IMG/VR virus record: IMGVR_UViG_3300049218_000295
Coordinates: 1-64,000 of that record
Source of the DNA: a virus
Length of the DNA: 64,000 nucleotides
Direction: 5' to 3' (one strand)
The notes beneath the pieces are model-generated. The model worked only from the letters and a program-made list of their open reading frames with translations, searched no databases and was not told the DNA's origin. Below, piece after piece: positions 37,737 to 48,662 of this stretch. Each line of letters begins with the position of its first letter. Within the stretch, counting starts at the first letter, position 1. Made by a program: the position numbers and the translations under genes.

Positions 37737-38672
37737 TTAGGCAATCCCGAGTCGGAGTCGGGTCTCGGTCAACCATTCCTCGGGCATGTTTCCTGGGTCA
37801 AGTTCATTGCCAGGAATATGTGGAAGATACAGAATGTCGGTCGGAATTTCAGCTCTTAGAGTCAGAAAGATCTCCTGGGCCGCCTTATAACCCGCTGCGT
37901 CCCCATCCATCAAAATGAGCACTTTAGGTGGGTTCTTGGCAATTATGTAGCTTTTCTTGATGTCCGACCAGTTACTGGTCCCAAAAAGGGCTACGGCTGG
38001 GATGCCTTCTGCCATTAATCTTAGGGCATCAAAGTGGCCTTCGACCAATACGATTGGGGAGCCTGTTTTAATATAGTCATACAGAAACAAAACACTTTTG
38101 GTATCGGCGAAGGTCATGTACTTGGGAGTGTAAGGCTTTAGAGCGCACACCGTGTAGCCGAGATACCGCTGGTTCATGGTAAGGGGCAAGTGCATCCAAT
38201 CCATATCAATGTCTTGCTGCCACCAAAATTTAGCGCCAAAGCTTTCGTAGAAAGCTTTACCATAGCCACGCCATTTGAAGCCATCCGGGAGTGGTTCCAA
38301 TCCAGTGCGGACTTCAACTGTACTCTCCTTTAAAGGAGAGAGGTGCTTCAAGGAGGTCGCAAGCAGCTCGAAAGGGTTATCCTTGTCAGTGAGCTTGCCC
38401 GCTTGACCGTAATCAAGCGTTTGGAGTCTAAGCGCCCGAGCAAGAGTGTTCCAGTGCCCATGTGCTTTGCACGACCAACATTTGTAGATACCAGGCATCT
38501 TGGTGTGCCCGACATGGACTTCCAGACTGGGGTTGGAGTCGTTATGAAAACAACAGAGGATGACCATTTCCTCGCCGTTGCGTTTCATTTTTCCGCCTAC
38601 TCTGGACAGCTCGGAAATGACATGGTCCCGGATTTTCGGATAAGAAAGCTCAGTCAATCCATTCTCTCCCAA
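37737..38672 (-). CDS. dnaG: DNA primase
   Basis: CCFHND...CWSC zinc finger; TOPRIM VEGHFDAL and DGD. Confidence 0.9.
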   Translation of the reverse strand: MGENGLTELSYPKIRDHVISELSRVGGKMKRNGEEMVILCCFHNDSNPSLEVHVGHTKMPGIYKCWSCKAHGHWNTLARALRLQTLDYGQAGKLTDKDNPFELLATSLKHLSPLKESTVEVRTGLEPLPDGFKWRGYGKAFYESFGAKFWWQQDIDMDWMHLPLTMNQRYLGYTVCALKPYTPKYMTFADTKSVLFLYDYIKTGSPIVLVEGHFDALRLMAEGIPAVALFGTSNWSDIKKSYIIAKNPPKVLILMDGDAAGYKAAQEIFLTLRAEIPTDILYLPHIPGNELDPGNMPEEWLTETRLRLGIA

Positions 38673-39174
38673 GCAGGCTTTTGCACAGCTCTTCGCCTCT
38701 CGGGGTCTTCTTATCCCCTTTAGAGAGATTATCCGCTTGCGTCAACCATTGAAGATTGCTGTAGTGCCAGAGCCTAAGCATTTCAGCCTCGTTTTTAGCC
38801 TGTGATAATGGGCAAACGTGGTCTATGTGGGCTCCACTGTGTGGTTTCGGTCCTAACGTCTGGTTCACTTGCTGCGGGGTGGCGCACAGCAAGTCAAAAG
38901 TTTTGCTGCGTTTAACAAGTCCCAGCCGTCTAAAGGTCTCTCTGACCAAATGCCTAATTTGCCTGGTTCTACCGCCAATGGTGTCTTTGTCTTCTGTTTC
39001 TAGCCGCTTAGACCGCGCCATCGAGGCCTGAACTTTGCGTTTCTTTACCTCAGGATTCTCACAGTGCTCTTTATCCCAAGCGCGTTTTCTGGCGGCAGCC
39101 GCCATTCGCTCTTCGATTGGGCGTGATGCTCGATAGGCCCTCTGTTGGGCGTTGAATTCCCCGCATGAGCACAT
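38650..39174 (-). CDS. HNH endonuclease
   Basis: HIDHVCPLS...HYSNLQWL...NLSKG. Confidence 0.8.
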   Translation of the reverse strand: MCSCGEFNAQQRAYRASRPIEERMAAAARKRAWDKEHCENPEVKKRKVQASMARSKRLETEDKDTIGGRTRQIRHLVRETFRRLGLVKRSKTFDLLCATPQQVNQTLGPKPHSGAHIDHVCPLSQAKNEAEMLRLWHYSNLQWLTQADNLSKGDKKTPRGEELCKSLLGREWID

Positions 39175-39175
39175 G

Positions 39176-39706
39176 TTACTCTTTTGGGGTTCCGACGTCG
39201 ACTTCCAAGGTGGTGATTTGGTCGGGGACCAAGTGTTGTTCATAAGCTACCGCATTTTGAGGTTTAAACCCACCGTGGGCTAACAAGATAGTTTTACCTC
39301 CAACCGCAATAAGGCAACCTACTTGTTCTGGTGTTTTCCCAGGTATGACGGTAAAATATTTGGATTTGTTGTCGACTTTGTAGAATGTCTCTAGGGTAGT
39401 CAAGAAGATGTTGTTCCGGACCTTGACGGATGAGAGAGCCGCTTTCATACCACCATCATAAAGCCGTCGGGCCAAGAATTCGGATGTCAGGAGGGTTTGA
39501 GGACCGTCCGCTAAAACTCGACTCACCACTGCTGGATGAGAAAGACCATAAACGCTGTGTTGGTCGAGTGAAAGCAGAATAACTGGGCCGCGATGGTTTG
39601 CAGTATTGCCATCCACTGTTGCCAGCGTCCGAGACGTGGAACCGTCTTTCAAAGAGACCGAGAAGCCTTCGTGTTTCTGTTCAAGCCGGGTCAGTACGAA
39701 TTGCAT
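39176..39706 (-). CDS. hypothetical protein
   Basis: 176 aa, GGAG RBS. Confidence 0.6.
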   Translation of the reverse strand: MQFVLTRLEQKHEGFSVSLKDGSTSRTLATVDGNTANHRGPVILLSLDQHSVYGLSHPAVVSRVLADGPQTLLTSEFLARRLYDGGMKAALSSVKVRNNIFLTTLETFYKVDNKSKYFTVIPGKTPEQVGCLIAVGGKTILLAHGGFKPQNAVAYEQHLVPDQITTLEVDVGTPKE

Positions 39707-39911
39707 TGGTCTCTCCGAGACGCTGTTTCATTTCACCAATCCACACCTCAAAAACGTAAATTAGGTCTTCTGCGGAGAGTGGGTTGGCCGAGTTCATGAC
39801 AACTGTGGCCTTTTTCTGGTCCTCTGAAATTTGGATATCAAAGTCCACATTGAAACCCTCATCGATTTCAGTGACTGGGTCTACTTGAGGACTCGGGGCA
39901 GCATCTTCCAT
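39681..39911 (-). CDS. small acidic hypothetical protein
   Basis: 76 aa C-terminal part of the called ORF 39681..40355; ATG 39911 avoids overlap with the divergent nuclease. Confidence 0.6.
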   Translation of the reverse strand: MEDAAPSPQVDPVTEIDEGFNVDFDIQISEDQKKATVVMNSANPLSAEDLIYVFEVWIGEMKQRLGETNAIRTDPA

Positions 39912-39938
39912 GACAGTTTTTATCGTAAAAACCAAAAG

Positions 39939-40769
39939 ATGATTAAGCCTGCCTTGCATCAGACCATCACGGATACTCTCAACCACATGTTTATCGAGCC
40001 ACACAGATATTCTTTCCGTGGCTCCTCTCTTCCGTATTGCGCTGTGCATGATTGCATCGTGCGTTGTCAAACCAAAACCAATACCGTTCCGATGCGCCAG
40101 ACCAAATTTGAATGGCGATTGGCTGCGGACATCGGAACCACTATCCACGCACTGCTCCAAAAGGCAATGAGCGAACGTGGAACCATTTATGGCACTTGGA
40201 AGTGTCCTCACTGCAAGGCAGTTTATGGTATGTCCGTAGGTCCGGTGCGTTGCACTCAAACCGAATGTTCGCGTCCAATTTGTGAGTATGTTGAACTTGA
40301 AGTACTTGACCCAGCCTCTGGTTTTTCGGGCCACGTCGACTGTCTGATACCGCACGAGGGCGGGTTTATTTTGTGCGACTTCAAGACCATTTATCGCAAA
40401 AAACTATCCAAACTGCAACTCGACCACAAACACCGCTGTCAAGTTTTTGCCTACAAGTATCTCCTTCAGCGCCCACCCTATAACTTGGACATCCGAGGAC
40501 AGGCTGTGGTTTACTTCCCACGCGAGGATGTATCCCTTTTCGAAATCATTGAGATGGAGAACGACGACCTTTCTGAGGCTGAGTTCACCCGCTACACCAA
40601 GCACAAAGCCGCTGCAGACGCGGCAATGTTAAGCGGAAAGCTTTCGGGGCTCACCGGACTCTGCTCGAACCGCACCGACCAACCTTTCTGCCCCTATAAC
40701 GCCCTTTGCTTTGGTCCCGACCGCAGCACCAACCTGGATGGAGTCTGGCAACGCACCGTTCAGGGTTAA
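39939..40769 (+). CDS. Cas4-like PD-(D/E)XK exonuclease
   Basis: SSLPYC, GTTIH, GHVD...CDFKT, QVFAY, C-terminal Cys cluster; no CRISPR array nearby. Confidence 0.82.
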   Translation: MIKPALHQTITDTLNHMFIEPHRYSFRGSSLPYCAVHDCIVRCQTKTNTVPMRQTKFEWRLAADIGTTIHALLQKAMSERGTIYGTWKCPHCKAVYGMSVGPVRCTQTECSRPICEYVELEVLDPASGFSGHVDCLIPHEGGFILCDFKTIYRKKLSKLQLDHKHRCQVFAYKYLLQRPPYNLDIRGQAVVYFPREDVSLFEIIEMENDDLSEAEFTRYTKHKAAADAAMLSGKLSGLTGLCSNRTDQPFCPYNALCFGPDRSTNLDGVWQRTVQG

Positions 40770-40778
40770 TTTAGGTGG

Positions 40779-41027
40779 ATGAGCAGTGTCAAATTACGTG
40801 CCAGTTATGATAGTGCGCCGCTGCATGGACGCATAAGCGTCTCCCAAGCATCTAGCACTTTCCCGACCCAATACACCCTCAAACTTCTGCACGAAGTTAA
40901 CGGACTCATCACCCCGCGCCTTTCCACTTTCCGGACCATGAATGAAGCTATTGCGCACGCGAGTCACTACGGCTTCTTATCGCAAAATTGGGTGGTCCAA
41001 ACTCTACAGATTCCGGACCAGGTGTAA
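40779..41027 (+). CDS. hypothetical protein
   Basis: 82 aa, first gene of the fibre operon. Confidence 0.55.
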   Translation: MSSVKLRASYDSAPLHGRISVSQASSTFPTQYTLKLLHEVNGLITPRLSTFRTMNEAIAHASHYGFLSQNWVVQTLQIPDQV

Positions 41028-41029
41028 CG

Positions 41030-42730
41030 ATGCTTACTACACCAGTCTTCATTTCAAACTCTGACGGCCCATTTAATGGGAACCAATACATTCTAAATCT
41101 GACGTTCCAAGACGCAACTCGCGCTCAATTTCTCAATATTGGCGACTACCTCCAAGACAGCGCGGGTAACATTTACGACATCATCTCGTTAACTCTTCCT
41201 TTTGTCAACACGAGCGTCTTGACCGTTCGATACGTCAATCACAATACGCTACCAGTAGTTGACACGACTGTTTATGGCTCCGTTGCCTATACGCCCGGTG
41301 AAGTATCGTTGGCACCGCCTTATCAAGCCGTGGGTAGTATTAGTACTGCAAGTCTATACTACGCGCCCTCATATTTGTGGACAGTGGAAGCCTCCTTTAC
41401 CAGTCCTCCTAATCTGCAAAATATTGTGCAAATTGGGGACCAGCTTCTGGACTCTGAGGGGACCGCTTTTAATGTGGAGTATATCGACCCAGTTCTAGGG
41501 TTCTCCAACATGCGAGTTGCGGAAATCATCCGCATCGGCTACCCTCCTGCGACAGGGGCATGTTCTGTCTATCGAGGGTCGGAAGGCCATGGGTTTTTCC
41601 AAGGCTTACCACCCAACCCCCAAGCACTTCTTATTGCTCAAGAGCGAGATATTGCTCGCATCGACACCTTGCTTTCGTATCCAGGCCCACAAGGCACGAC
41701 TGGCGCAGTTGGCGAAACTGGGGTTGGGGCCACCGGCCCACGCGGCAGCATAGGTTTCACTGGCGCACAAGGCTTACAAGGGGTAACTGGACCCGTTGGA
41801 GTTGATGGGACCACAGGCCGTACCGGAATGCAGGGGGCCACCGGTCTCCATGGCCCCACCGGCGGTCACGGGCCGCGAGGGCAACAGGGTGCTACGGGCA
41901 ACGGCGGTTCTCTTGGTTCTACCGGCGTACAAGGTGTTCGAGGCGAAACCGGGGCTCTAGGGCTACGCGGCTCGCGCGGATTCGATGGAATTCAAGGACA
42001 AACTGGTTATCAGGGTGTCACTGGCGTCCGAGGCGAAACCGGATTCCAGGGTGAGCAGGGCTACCAAGGTGATACCGGCCTTCAAGGCTACACTGGGGTC
42101 ATTGGTGCCACGGGCCTCCCCGGAATCCAAGGAAAGCAAGGTCCAACGGGTTATCAGGGCAATACCGGAGCACAGGGCGCGACGGGCGCGCACGGACTTC
42201 GCGGCGAAACTGGTATCCAAGGTGAACAAGGAAACCAGGGCGAACAGGGCATTCAAGGTGTCACCGGTCTCAACGGCACCACCGGATTCCAGGGCGAAAC
42301 TGGGGCACAAGGCGCGACGGGCGTCCGTGGCTATCAGGGCATAACGGGCTATCAAGGAACAACGGGCGTACAGGGTTCGACTGGACCTGGGGCTACTGGT
42401 CTGCGCGGTCCAACCGGACCTCCTGGCGGTCCTCCCGGAGCAACCGGGGTGCCTGGACCATCGGGTACCACTTACACCCCCAAAAAAGAACGTTTCACAC
42501 TGCAATCTTCGGATATCTCAAATCAGTACATTGACCTCTCCGAACTGGTAGTGGCTGAGAGTCTTATTTTTAGTTTCGACGGTTTAATTCAGGACGAGAG
42601 TCTGGAATATACGACAAGTAGTGTTGGTGGTGTGACCAGAGTCACCTTTATTGGAGACCTAGCGACCGGAGGGTTTTCAGCATTGGTGACGGGGGACCTA
42701 GTCTCCTTTCAATATTTGTATTTGGGGTGA
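41030..42730 (+). CDS. collagen-like virion fibre protein
   Basis: Long G-X-Y run (about 41684-42466) between beta-rich terminal domains. Confidence 0.85.
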   Translation: MLTTPVFISNSDGPFNGNQYILNLTFQDATRAQFLNIGDYLQDSAGNIYDIISLTLPFVNTSVLTVRYVNHNTLPVVDTTVYGSVAYTPGEVSLAPPYQAVGSISTASLYYAPSYLWTVEASFTSPPNLQNIVQIGDQLLDSEGTAFNVEYIDPVLGFSNMRVAEIIRIGYPPATGACSVYRGSEGHGFFQGLPPNPQALLIAQERDIARIDTLLSYPGPQGTTGAVGETGVGATGPRGSIGFTGAQGLQGVTGPVGVDGTTGRTGMQGATGLHGPTGGHGPRGQQGATGNGGSLGSTGVQGVRGETGALGLRGSRGFDGIQGQTGYQGVTGVRGETGFQGEQGYQGDTGLQGYTGVIGATGLPGIQGKQGPTGYQGNTGAQGATGAHGLRGETGIQGEQGNQGEQGIQGVTGLNGTTGFQGETGAQGATGVRGYQGITGYQGTTGVQGSTGPGATGLRGPTGPPGGPPGATGVPGPSGTTYTPKKERFTLQSSDISNQYIDLSELVVAESLIFSFDGLIQDESLEYTTSSVGGVTRVTFIGDLATGGFSALVTGDLVSFQYLYLG

Positions 42731-42734
42731 TTAG

Positions 42735-45700
42735 ATGGGCAAGATTCAAGACAAAGATATTAAATCCGCAGCAGACCTTGCCCTCGAAGGTTTTCCAATA
42801 TCCGACCTCCCCAACGATGATAAGATCTACATCGCTTCACTAGGAAAGACTCTCGCCAACGCCATCACCAGCAACGACCTCCTCGGCCCAACCGGTCCTC
42901 AGGGTACTACAGGTGTTGCCGGAGCAACCGGTCTTGTGGGTAGTCAAGGGACAACAGGCATTCAGGGCGTTACGGGCGTAGCGGGCACCGCAGGCTCACA
43001 AGGTAGTACGGGACTTCGGGGAACCACAGGAGTTGCGGGAAACCAAGGCTCCACAGGCGTTGCCGGAGCAACTGGGGTTCAGGGCAACCAAGGCGTTACG
43101 GGTGTAGCGGGCGTTAATGGTGTAACTGGTGTTGCAGGTGTTAACGGGGCTACTGGTGCCCAAGGAACGACCGGACTGACTGGTACTCAGGGTGCGACTG
43201 GCGTAGCGGGTGTTAACGGTGTAACTGGTGTTGCTGGAATTAACGGGGCTACCGGTGTCCAAGGGACCCAGGGCGCGACGGGTATTGCGGGTGTTAACGG
43301 AGTTACTGGAATCGCAGGCGCGACAGGCGTACAGGGTGTTACCGGAATCCGGGGCTATACCGGCATCGAAGGCACCACTGGCGTTGCGGGAAATCAAGGT
43401 TTAACCGGAACCCAGGGTCTACAGGGTTTAACCGGAGTCTCCGGTTCTAACGGAGTCACTGGGGTGCAAGGCGCAACAGGCGTCGCGGGTGCAACCGGGC
43501 GCGACGGCCCAACAGGTTTTCAGGGAGTCACAGGCGTTCAGGGCTCGACCGGCGTTGCCGGAGCCACGGGATACCAGGGCGTAACAGGAATCCAAGGCCA
43601 AACAGGCGTTGCCGGTATGACCGGCGTTCAAGGTATCACTGGTCTTTTTTCGTCAGCAGGCTATACAACCCAAACTCCAACGGTTCAGAAGTTTCTCACT
43701 GCAACTTCGGGAACGTACACGACGCCATCCAACGTCGCCTATATTATCGTTGAAATGGTCGGTGGCGGTGGTGGGGGCGCACCAGGGGGGACTCAATCTG
43801 TAGCTGCAACTTCGGGGGGAACTACAACTTTTGGCACTTCGTTTTTAAGTGCTACTGGTGGTGGCGGTGGTGGTCAGCCTCCTGGAGGTTCGGGAGGAAC
43901 AGTTTCTATTGGCTCTGGGGCCATTATTCTTGCTCAACTAACCGGAGGCCAAGGTTCTGCTGGCTCTTCGGTGGCGTTTTCTGCAGGCGGCGGCGGAGCG
44001 GCCTCTCCTTTTGGCGGTGCGGGTGGTGGCGGTCAAAACAGTGGTGGTGGCTATTACGGGATTGCGAATACTGGTTCAGGTGCGGGTGGTGGTGGAGCAA
44101 CAGCCACAAATCCTTCCGGCGGTGGTGGTGGGGCTGGTGGATATTTAAAAGTTTTAGTGCCAACTCCAGCGACTTATTATTCATACGCTATTGGTGGCGG
44201 CGGCGCATCTGGCACTGGATCGACCTCTGGCGGAGCTGGTGGTTCGGGCGTAATCATTGTTACCGAGTATTACAACCAGACTGTCGCGTCGGGCATCACG
44301 GTTACAGCTTCGACTCCTCCAACTAAGACTATTTACCTGACTGCTGGCGCGACGGGCACTTACACAACTCCTAAGGGCGTACAGTATATCTCTGTTCGGA
44401 TGGTGGGCGGTGGTGGTGGCGGTGCGGGGTCATCAACAGTAGCTGCAAATGGCGGCAGCGGCGGAACAGGTGGAACTTCATCTTTTGGTACAAACCTTCT
44501 AACTGCAAACGGTGGTTCAGGTGGTGGCGGTGGAGGAGCAGGTGGTGGACCTGGCGGCAGCGCATCTTTGGGGACTGGACCCATTGGGATTGGCGTAACT
44601 GGTGGTAACGGCGACAGTGCGTCAACATCAATCAGTGGTTTTTCTCCTGAAAGCGGCGAGGGTGGATCATCCGCTTTGGGTGGTGGCGGTTCAGGCGGTG
44701 CAATCAATTTTGGGGTCGGGGGCTCAGGAAATCCCAATACCGGCGGTGGAGGCGGTGGAGCTGGAGGCGGAAACATTTCAGGCGGCTCTATCGCAGGAAG
44801 TGGAGGTGGCGCAGGTGGGTACATTGAAGCAATTATTTCAAACCCAAGCGCTACATATTCTTACACAGTAGGCGCAGCGGGCACTGCTGGCGCAGCGGGA
44901 ACCAGCGGTAGTGCTGGTGGAATTGGTGGCACCGGACTCATCGAAGTGACTGAGTACTATACGGCTTATGCGACCGGCGGCTTCTCTGCTGGCGGTGCAA
45001 ACGTCCCCACAGTTCAGAAATTCTTAACTGCTACTTCTGGGACCTACACGACACCATCCAACGTCATCTACATTGAGGTGGAGCTGGTGGGCGGTGGTGG
45101 CGGTGGCTCTGGCTCCGGCACAACTGCTGGAGCAGGCGGCACGGGCGGAAATGGTTCTGCTTCTACTTTTGGTACAAGCCTGTTATCTGCAGGCGGCGGA
45201 ACGGGCGGAACTTGGGCGGGCGCGGGTGGCGCAGGGTCTACATCGACAACAATAAACACCCCCGCTATACAAGTAACCGCCGTAGGCGGAGGATCGGGCA
45301 GCGGAGCCGGAAACTCAAGTTCCGTAGCCCAATCAACAACTCCCGGCGCAGGCGGAAGTTCTTTTTTTGGCGGCAACGGCGGCGGCGGCGACCAAGCAAC
45401 GGGTGTCGGACATAGCGCGGCCTCTAACTCTGGTTCAGGCGGCGGCGGCGCTTTAGGCGCTAACCAAGCAAGTGACTACCCTGGATCGGGTGGCGGCGCT
45501 GGTGCCTACGTGAAAGCCGTCATCACCAACCCTTTGTCGTCTTATTCATGGACGGTTGGTTCAGGCGGTGCGGCTGGGACTGCGGGCTCGGCAGGATATG
45601 CAGGCGGCGCGGGTGGCTCTGGTGCGATCATCGTCACTGAATACTATGCAAATGGAACCGTGGGCACAGCAACTAATGTTACTGGGGTTGTAGCTCAAAT

Positions 45701-46172
45701 AAACGGCGGAACTGGGACCACATCACAAGCCGGTGGCATACTAACAGGAACAATAACTACCCAATCGACCGCCGTCACGGCAACAAGTTATACAACCTTC
45801 AGCAACAGTCCTGGGTTCTCGTTCACACCTGTTGTTAGTGGTACATACAAAATTCGTTGCAACGCCACCGTGGATTGCTACAACTCAAGTTCTAGTGGTC
45901 CTACTGGCGTTGTTAGAGTGTACAACACAAGCGGTGGTGCAAGTTTGCTGGCGGAGTCTGCAGGCTGCATTGCAAATACCGGTTTCAGCGGAGCGTCGGC
46001 CTCTCAGCCGACAATACCTATTGAAAGCTGGTACACCCTTACTGCAGGCGTGGCCTACGTATTCGATGTCCAAGGCAAGGCGGTAACAGACATCTATGGA
46101 GGTAGCGGAACACAATTATATCTAAGTGGAGGCGACGCGCCACTCCATATGTTCGCAGAGCGCATCTTATAG
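42735..46172 (+). CDS. collagen-like tail fibre with three glycine-rich modules
   Basis: G-X-Y run about 42885-43644; three (S/T)GTYTTP...V(E/R)(M/L)VGGGGGG...GxIxVTEYY modules; distinct C-terminal domain. Confidence 0.88.
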   Translation: MGKIQDKDIKSAADLALEGFPISDLPNDDKIYIASLGKTLANAITSNDLLGPTGPQGTTGVAGATGLVGSQGTTGIQGVTGVAGTAGSQGSTGLRGTTGVAGNQGSTGVAGATGVQGNQGVTGVAGVNGVTGVAGVNGATGAQGTTGLTGTQGATGVAGVNGVTGVAGINGATGVQGTQGATGIAGVNGVTGIAGATGVQGVTGIRGYTGIEGTTGVAGNQGLTGTQGLQGLTGVSGSNGVTGVQGATGVAGATGRDGPTGFQGVTGVQGSTGVAGATGYQGVTGIQGQTGVAGMTGVQGITGLFSSAGYTTQTPTVQKFLTATSGTYTTPSNVAYIIVEMVGGGGGGAPGGTQSVAATSGGTTTFGTSFLSATGGGGGGQPPGGSGGTVSIGSGAIILAQLTGGQGSAGSSVAFSAGGGGAASPFGGAGGGGQNSGGGYYGIANTGSGAGGGGATATNPSGGGGGAGGYLKVLVPTPATYYSYAIGGGGASGTGSTSGGAGGSGVIIVTEYYNQTVASGITVTASTPPTKTIYLTAGATGTYTTPKGVQYISVRMVGGGGGGAGSSTVAANGGSGGTGGTSSFGTNLLTANGGSGGGGGGAGGGPGGSASLGTGPIGIGVTGGNGDSASTSISGFSPESGEGGSSALGGGGSGGAINFGVGGSGNPNTGGGGGGAGGGNISGGSIAGSGGGAGGYIEAIISNPSATYSYTVGAAGTAGAAGTSGSAGGIGGTGLIEVTEYYTAYATGGFSAGGANVPTVQKFLTATSGTYTTPSNVIYIEVELVGGGGGGSGSGTTAGAGGTGGNGSASTFGTSLLSAGGGTGGTWAGAGGAGSTSTTINTPAIQVTAVGGGSGSGAGNSSSVAQSTTPGAGGSSFFGGNGGGGDQATGVGHSAASNSGSGGGGALGANQASDYPGSGGGAGAYVKAVITNPLSSYSWTVGSGGAAGTAGSAGYAGGAGGSGAIIVTEYYANGTVGTATNVTGVVAQINGGTGTTSQAGGILTGTITTQSTAVTATSYTTFSNSPGFSFTPVVSGTYKIRCNATVDCYNSSSSGPTGVVRVYNTSGGASLLAESAGCIANTGFSGASASQPTIPIESWYTLTAGVAYVFDVQGKAVTDIYGGSGTQLYLSGGDAPLHMFAERIL

Positions 46173-46179
46173 GGCTAGT

Positions 46180-48528
46180 TTAAAGCCACTTTGACCAATG
46201 GTCGTCCCAGACGGACTGCCAATCGATACGTTCAGTACCTGCTAACGCTTGGTCACTGCGGAGCTTGTAGTAGTCTTTATCTACGTGAAGTCGAATAATT
46301 TCTTCCATTAAGGCGATTCGGCCTTCTTTAGTGTAGGGGTGCTCTTTTATGATTTTGCCATAAGGGCCTACCGTCGTTGTTAGGGCACCAACATTGGAGC
46401 AGACGATTGGGGTTGCCGAAAGTTGAGCCTCTTTCGCTGTGATACAGTAAGTTTCGGTGAACAGAGTTGGATAGGCCCAAACATAAGCTTTCTTCCACTC
46501 CTTAGCAAGTTCCGGCTGAGAAACCCTATCATGGAAAACCACTGAATCCCCAGCACCCTCAATCAACTTTTCCATTTCGTTGATTCTGCCTAACTCGTCT
46601 GGGTTATTTCGATGCTTTGCAGCCGAAATCCAGTTGAACATTCCATAGTAAACGTGAAGCTTGATTTCAGGAACATGCTGCTTAAGGAATGGTAAGCAAT
46701 ATAAAAGATTGTCCAATCCTCTGTCTGGCGACGAAGAATAATGAAGCCTGCCGTATTCCTTGACACTTAAATCCATTCTCTCGAAAAGTTCCACGTTGAT
46801 ACCATTTGGTATGATAACAATTTTGCTCTCAGGGAGATTGGGATAGTAACTAAGAAGAAATTGCTTGTGCCACTCGGATAAGGCAATGAAACCGTCCACC
46901 TTCTTCAACAGAAAATCGGAGAACATGTTGTTGGGCTGAACATGACTTAGGGCAAAGATATCATGAATCCAAACTAGGACCTTTTTTGCTCTAAGTTTCT
47001 CTGTAATTGGAGACAGGTTTCTTGAAGCTACAAATAAGTCATAGTACTCTTGGTCCGGTTGAAACTGGTTGAAAGGCCGAAGCATTACGCCGTTTTGTTC
47101 TTGCTCGGCATGCTGACCATACATCGTGACTTGATGACCGTTGGCCACAGCGATTTCGGCCAAACGGCCCGCGCAAGTTTCACTCCCACCGATGCCGGTG
47201 GTCTTGTAAGTATTGAGGTCCCAGGTCTCCCAGGCCGGGCCGGTCCAAATCGCGACCCGCTTGACCCGCTTCTGGTTCCGAATCCACTTCTTTTGTAGAA
47301 GAGAATTATTATGCTGATCTTCGACCAGGTGCAAATTGGGGTCTTGGTCCTGCGCGAACTTGCGTGTTCTTCCTCCGAAATGGAAAATGAACGCTGAACG
47401 CGTCCAGAAAGTTTGGACTCCGAGGGATTGGGCGCGATAGGAATAGTCCGCGTCCTCGCCACCATTACTGAAATCCTCAGCCAAGAAGCCAATTTTTTCA
47501 AAAACAGACTTCGGCATCATGGTGCCGTACATCGCACAAAAGGGAACTTGGATAAGAGTACGGTCCGAACTTGGAGTGTACTCACGCAGCAACGTGAGTT
47601 CGCCTGGTGAAAATTGCTCAAGTGCCATTCCGGGGTGCAGTGGATGTGCACCTACTGCTAATGAGTCACGGTGCAACCAACCTTGGTCACAGTTCGAGTA
47701 AGGATTGAGGATAATTTCGTTGTCACCAACGAGTTGAACCATATTGCTTAAGGCATGTTTCGAGACAATCGTATCATCGTTCAACAGCAAAATGTGGGTG
47801 GTTGAAGCGTGGAGCATTTTCAGACCAACATTATTGGCTGCGGAGAAGGAGAGACGATGCGGGCTGTGGTGGATGCGAAGGTTTGGGTGTCTTTCGGTCA
47901 ATTCTCGAACCGCGTGACTGTGGCGAAGGTCAGTATGGGCGCTCGAAACGATTAAAACATTCCGGGACGGGCCTTCGGCAAGTAAAGCTGATTCCGCCGC
48001 ATGAACCACATAATCTACTCGTTCAGAATAATGGGGAATAATGATTTGCAGGAAGTGCTCATCAACCTGAACTGCTGAGATGAAGTGGTTTACCAAGTCC
48101 CGAGGATGCAAATATTTGTTGACAACATCTCGGCCCTCTTTGCCCAGTCTTTGACGAAGCTGAGGGTCATTTTTGAGGGCGAGAGCATGTTCTAGCCAAT
48201 CCGACCGGTCCGAAACTACCAAAGCGTTCTCACCATGACGAGCATATTTGAGATATGCAGGTAACGGGGCCACAATACAAGCCTTGCCTCGACTCCAAGC
48301 TTGACCGAGGCGGTTGACACTCTTGGACGGCTGCATCTCCACTCGTGCTGGGAGAATAATGGCGTCCATACTATCGATGAAAGGTATGAGGCCGTTTACA
48401 CTAAATTTCACGTCGGCATTTGGATGCTCATGGCAAGTGAAGAGCTTGATACCATTCAGCTCGAACTCGTCACGAAATTGGTCCGCCTGCCAAGCGTTAC
48501 CACCATAACCAAACCACCCGCAGCGCAT
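46180..48528 (-). CDS. multidomain glycosyltransferase (partial GT-B + GT2 + GT4-like)
   Basis: LLLNDD and GGEDADY (GT2); GGSE, PNGI, SSPDRGL, ETYCITAKEAQ (GT-B). Confidence 0.9.
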   Translation of the reverse strand: MRCGWFGYGGNAWQADQFRDEFELNGIKLFTCHEHPNADVKFSVNGLIPFIDSMDAIILPARVEMQPSKSVNRLGQAWSRGKACIVAPLPAYLKYARHGENALVVSDRSDWLEHALALKNDPQLRQRLGKEGRDVVNKYLHPRDLVNHFISAVQVDEHFLQIIIPHYSERVDYVVHAAESALLAEGPSRNVLIVSSAHTDLRHSHAVRELTERHPNLRIHHSPHRLSFSAANNVGLKMLHASTTHILLLNDDTIVSKHALSNMVQLVGDNEIILNPYSNCDQGWLHRDSLAVGAHPLHPGMALEQFSPGELTLLREYTPSSDRTLIQVPFCAMYGTMMPKSVFEKIGFLAEDFSNGGEDADYSYRAQSLGVQTFWTRSAFIFHFGGRTRKFAQDQDPNLHLVEDQHNNSLLQKKWIRNQKRVKRVAIWTGPAWETWDLNTYKTTGIGGSETCAGRLAEIAVANGHQVTMYGQHAEQEQNGVMLRPFNQFQPDQEYYDLFVASRNLSPITEKLRAKKVLVWIHDIFALSHVQPNNMFSDFLLKKVDGFIALSEWHKQFLLSYYPNLPESKIVIIPNGINVELFERMDLSVKEYGRLHYSSSPDRGLDNLLYCLPFLKQHVPEIKLHVYYGMFNWISAAKHRNNPDELGRINEMEKLIEGAGDSVVFHDRVSQPELAKEWKKAYVWAYPTLFTETYCITAKEAQLSATPIVCSNVGALTTTVGPYGKIIKEHPYTKEGRIALMEEIIRLHVDKDYYKLRSDQALAGTERIDWQSVWDDHWSKWL

Positions 48529-48662
48529 TATTTAGTCCCCCATGGAGCTTTGCCATGCTCTCTTATGTATGCTTCTCTATAGGCTAATTTTGCTTGTTCT
48601 GAAGTATCAAAATATCCTAAATGGTCTACTTGACGGAACAAGTAATTCAGAATCTCTTTCAT
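48528..48662 (-). pseudogene. 44-aa remnant of an HNH-AP2 endonuclease
   Basis: MKEILNY...HLGYFDTSEQAKLAYREAYIREHG; ATGA and TAATG overlaps with both flanking GT genes. Confidence 0.6.

Noticed and set aside
39939-40769. Cas4-like gene as a sign of a CRISPR-Cas system
   Set aside because: No repeat-spacer array or other cas genes seen; solo Cas4-like nucleases are common in phages.
43670-45660. Repeated fibre modules as a diversity-generating retroelement TR/VR pair
   Set aside because: Differences are mostly synonymous and not adenine-specific, the copies are in frame in one gene, and no reverse transcriptase is present.
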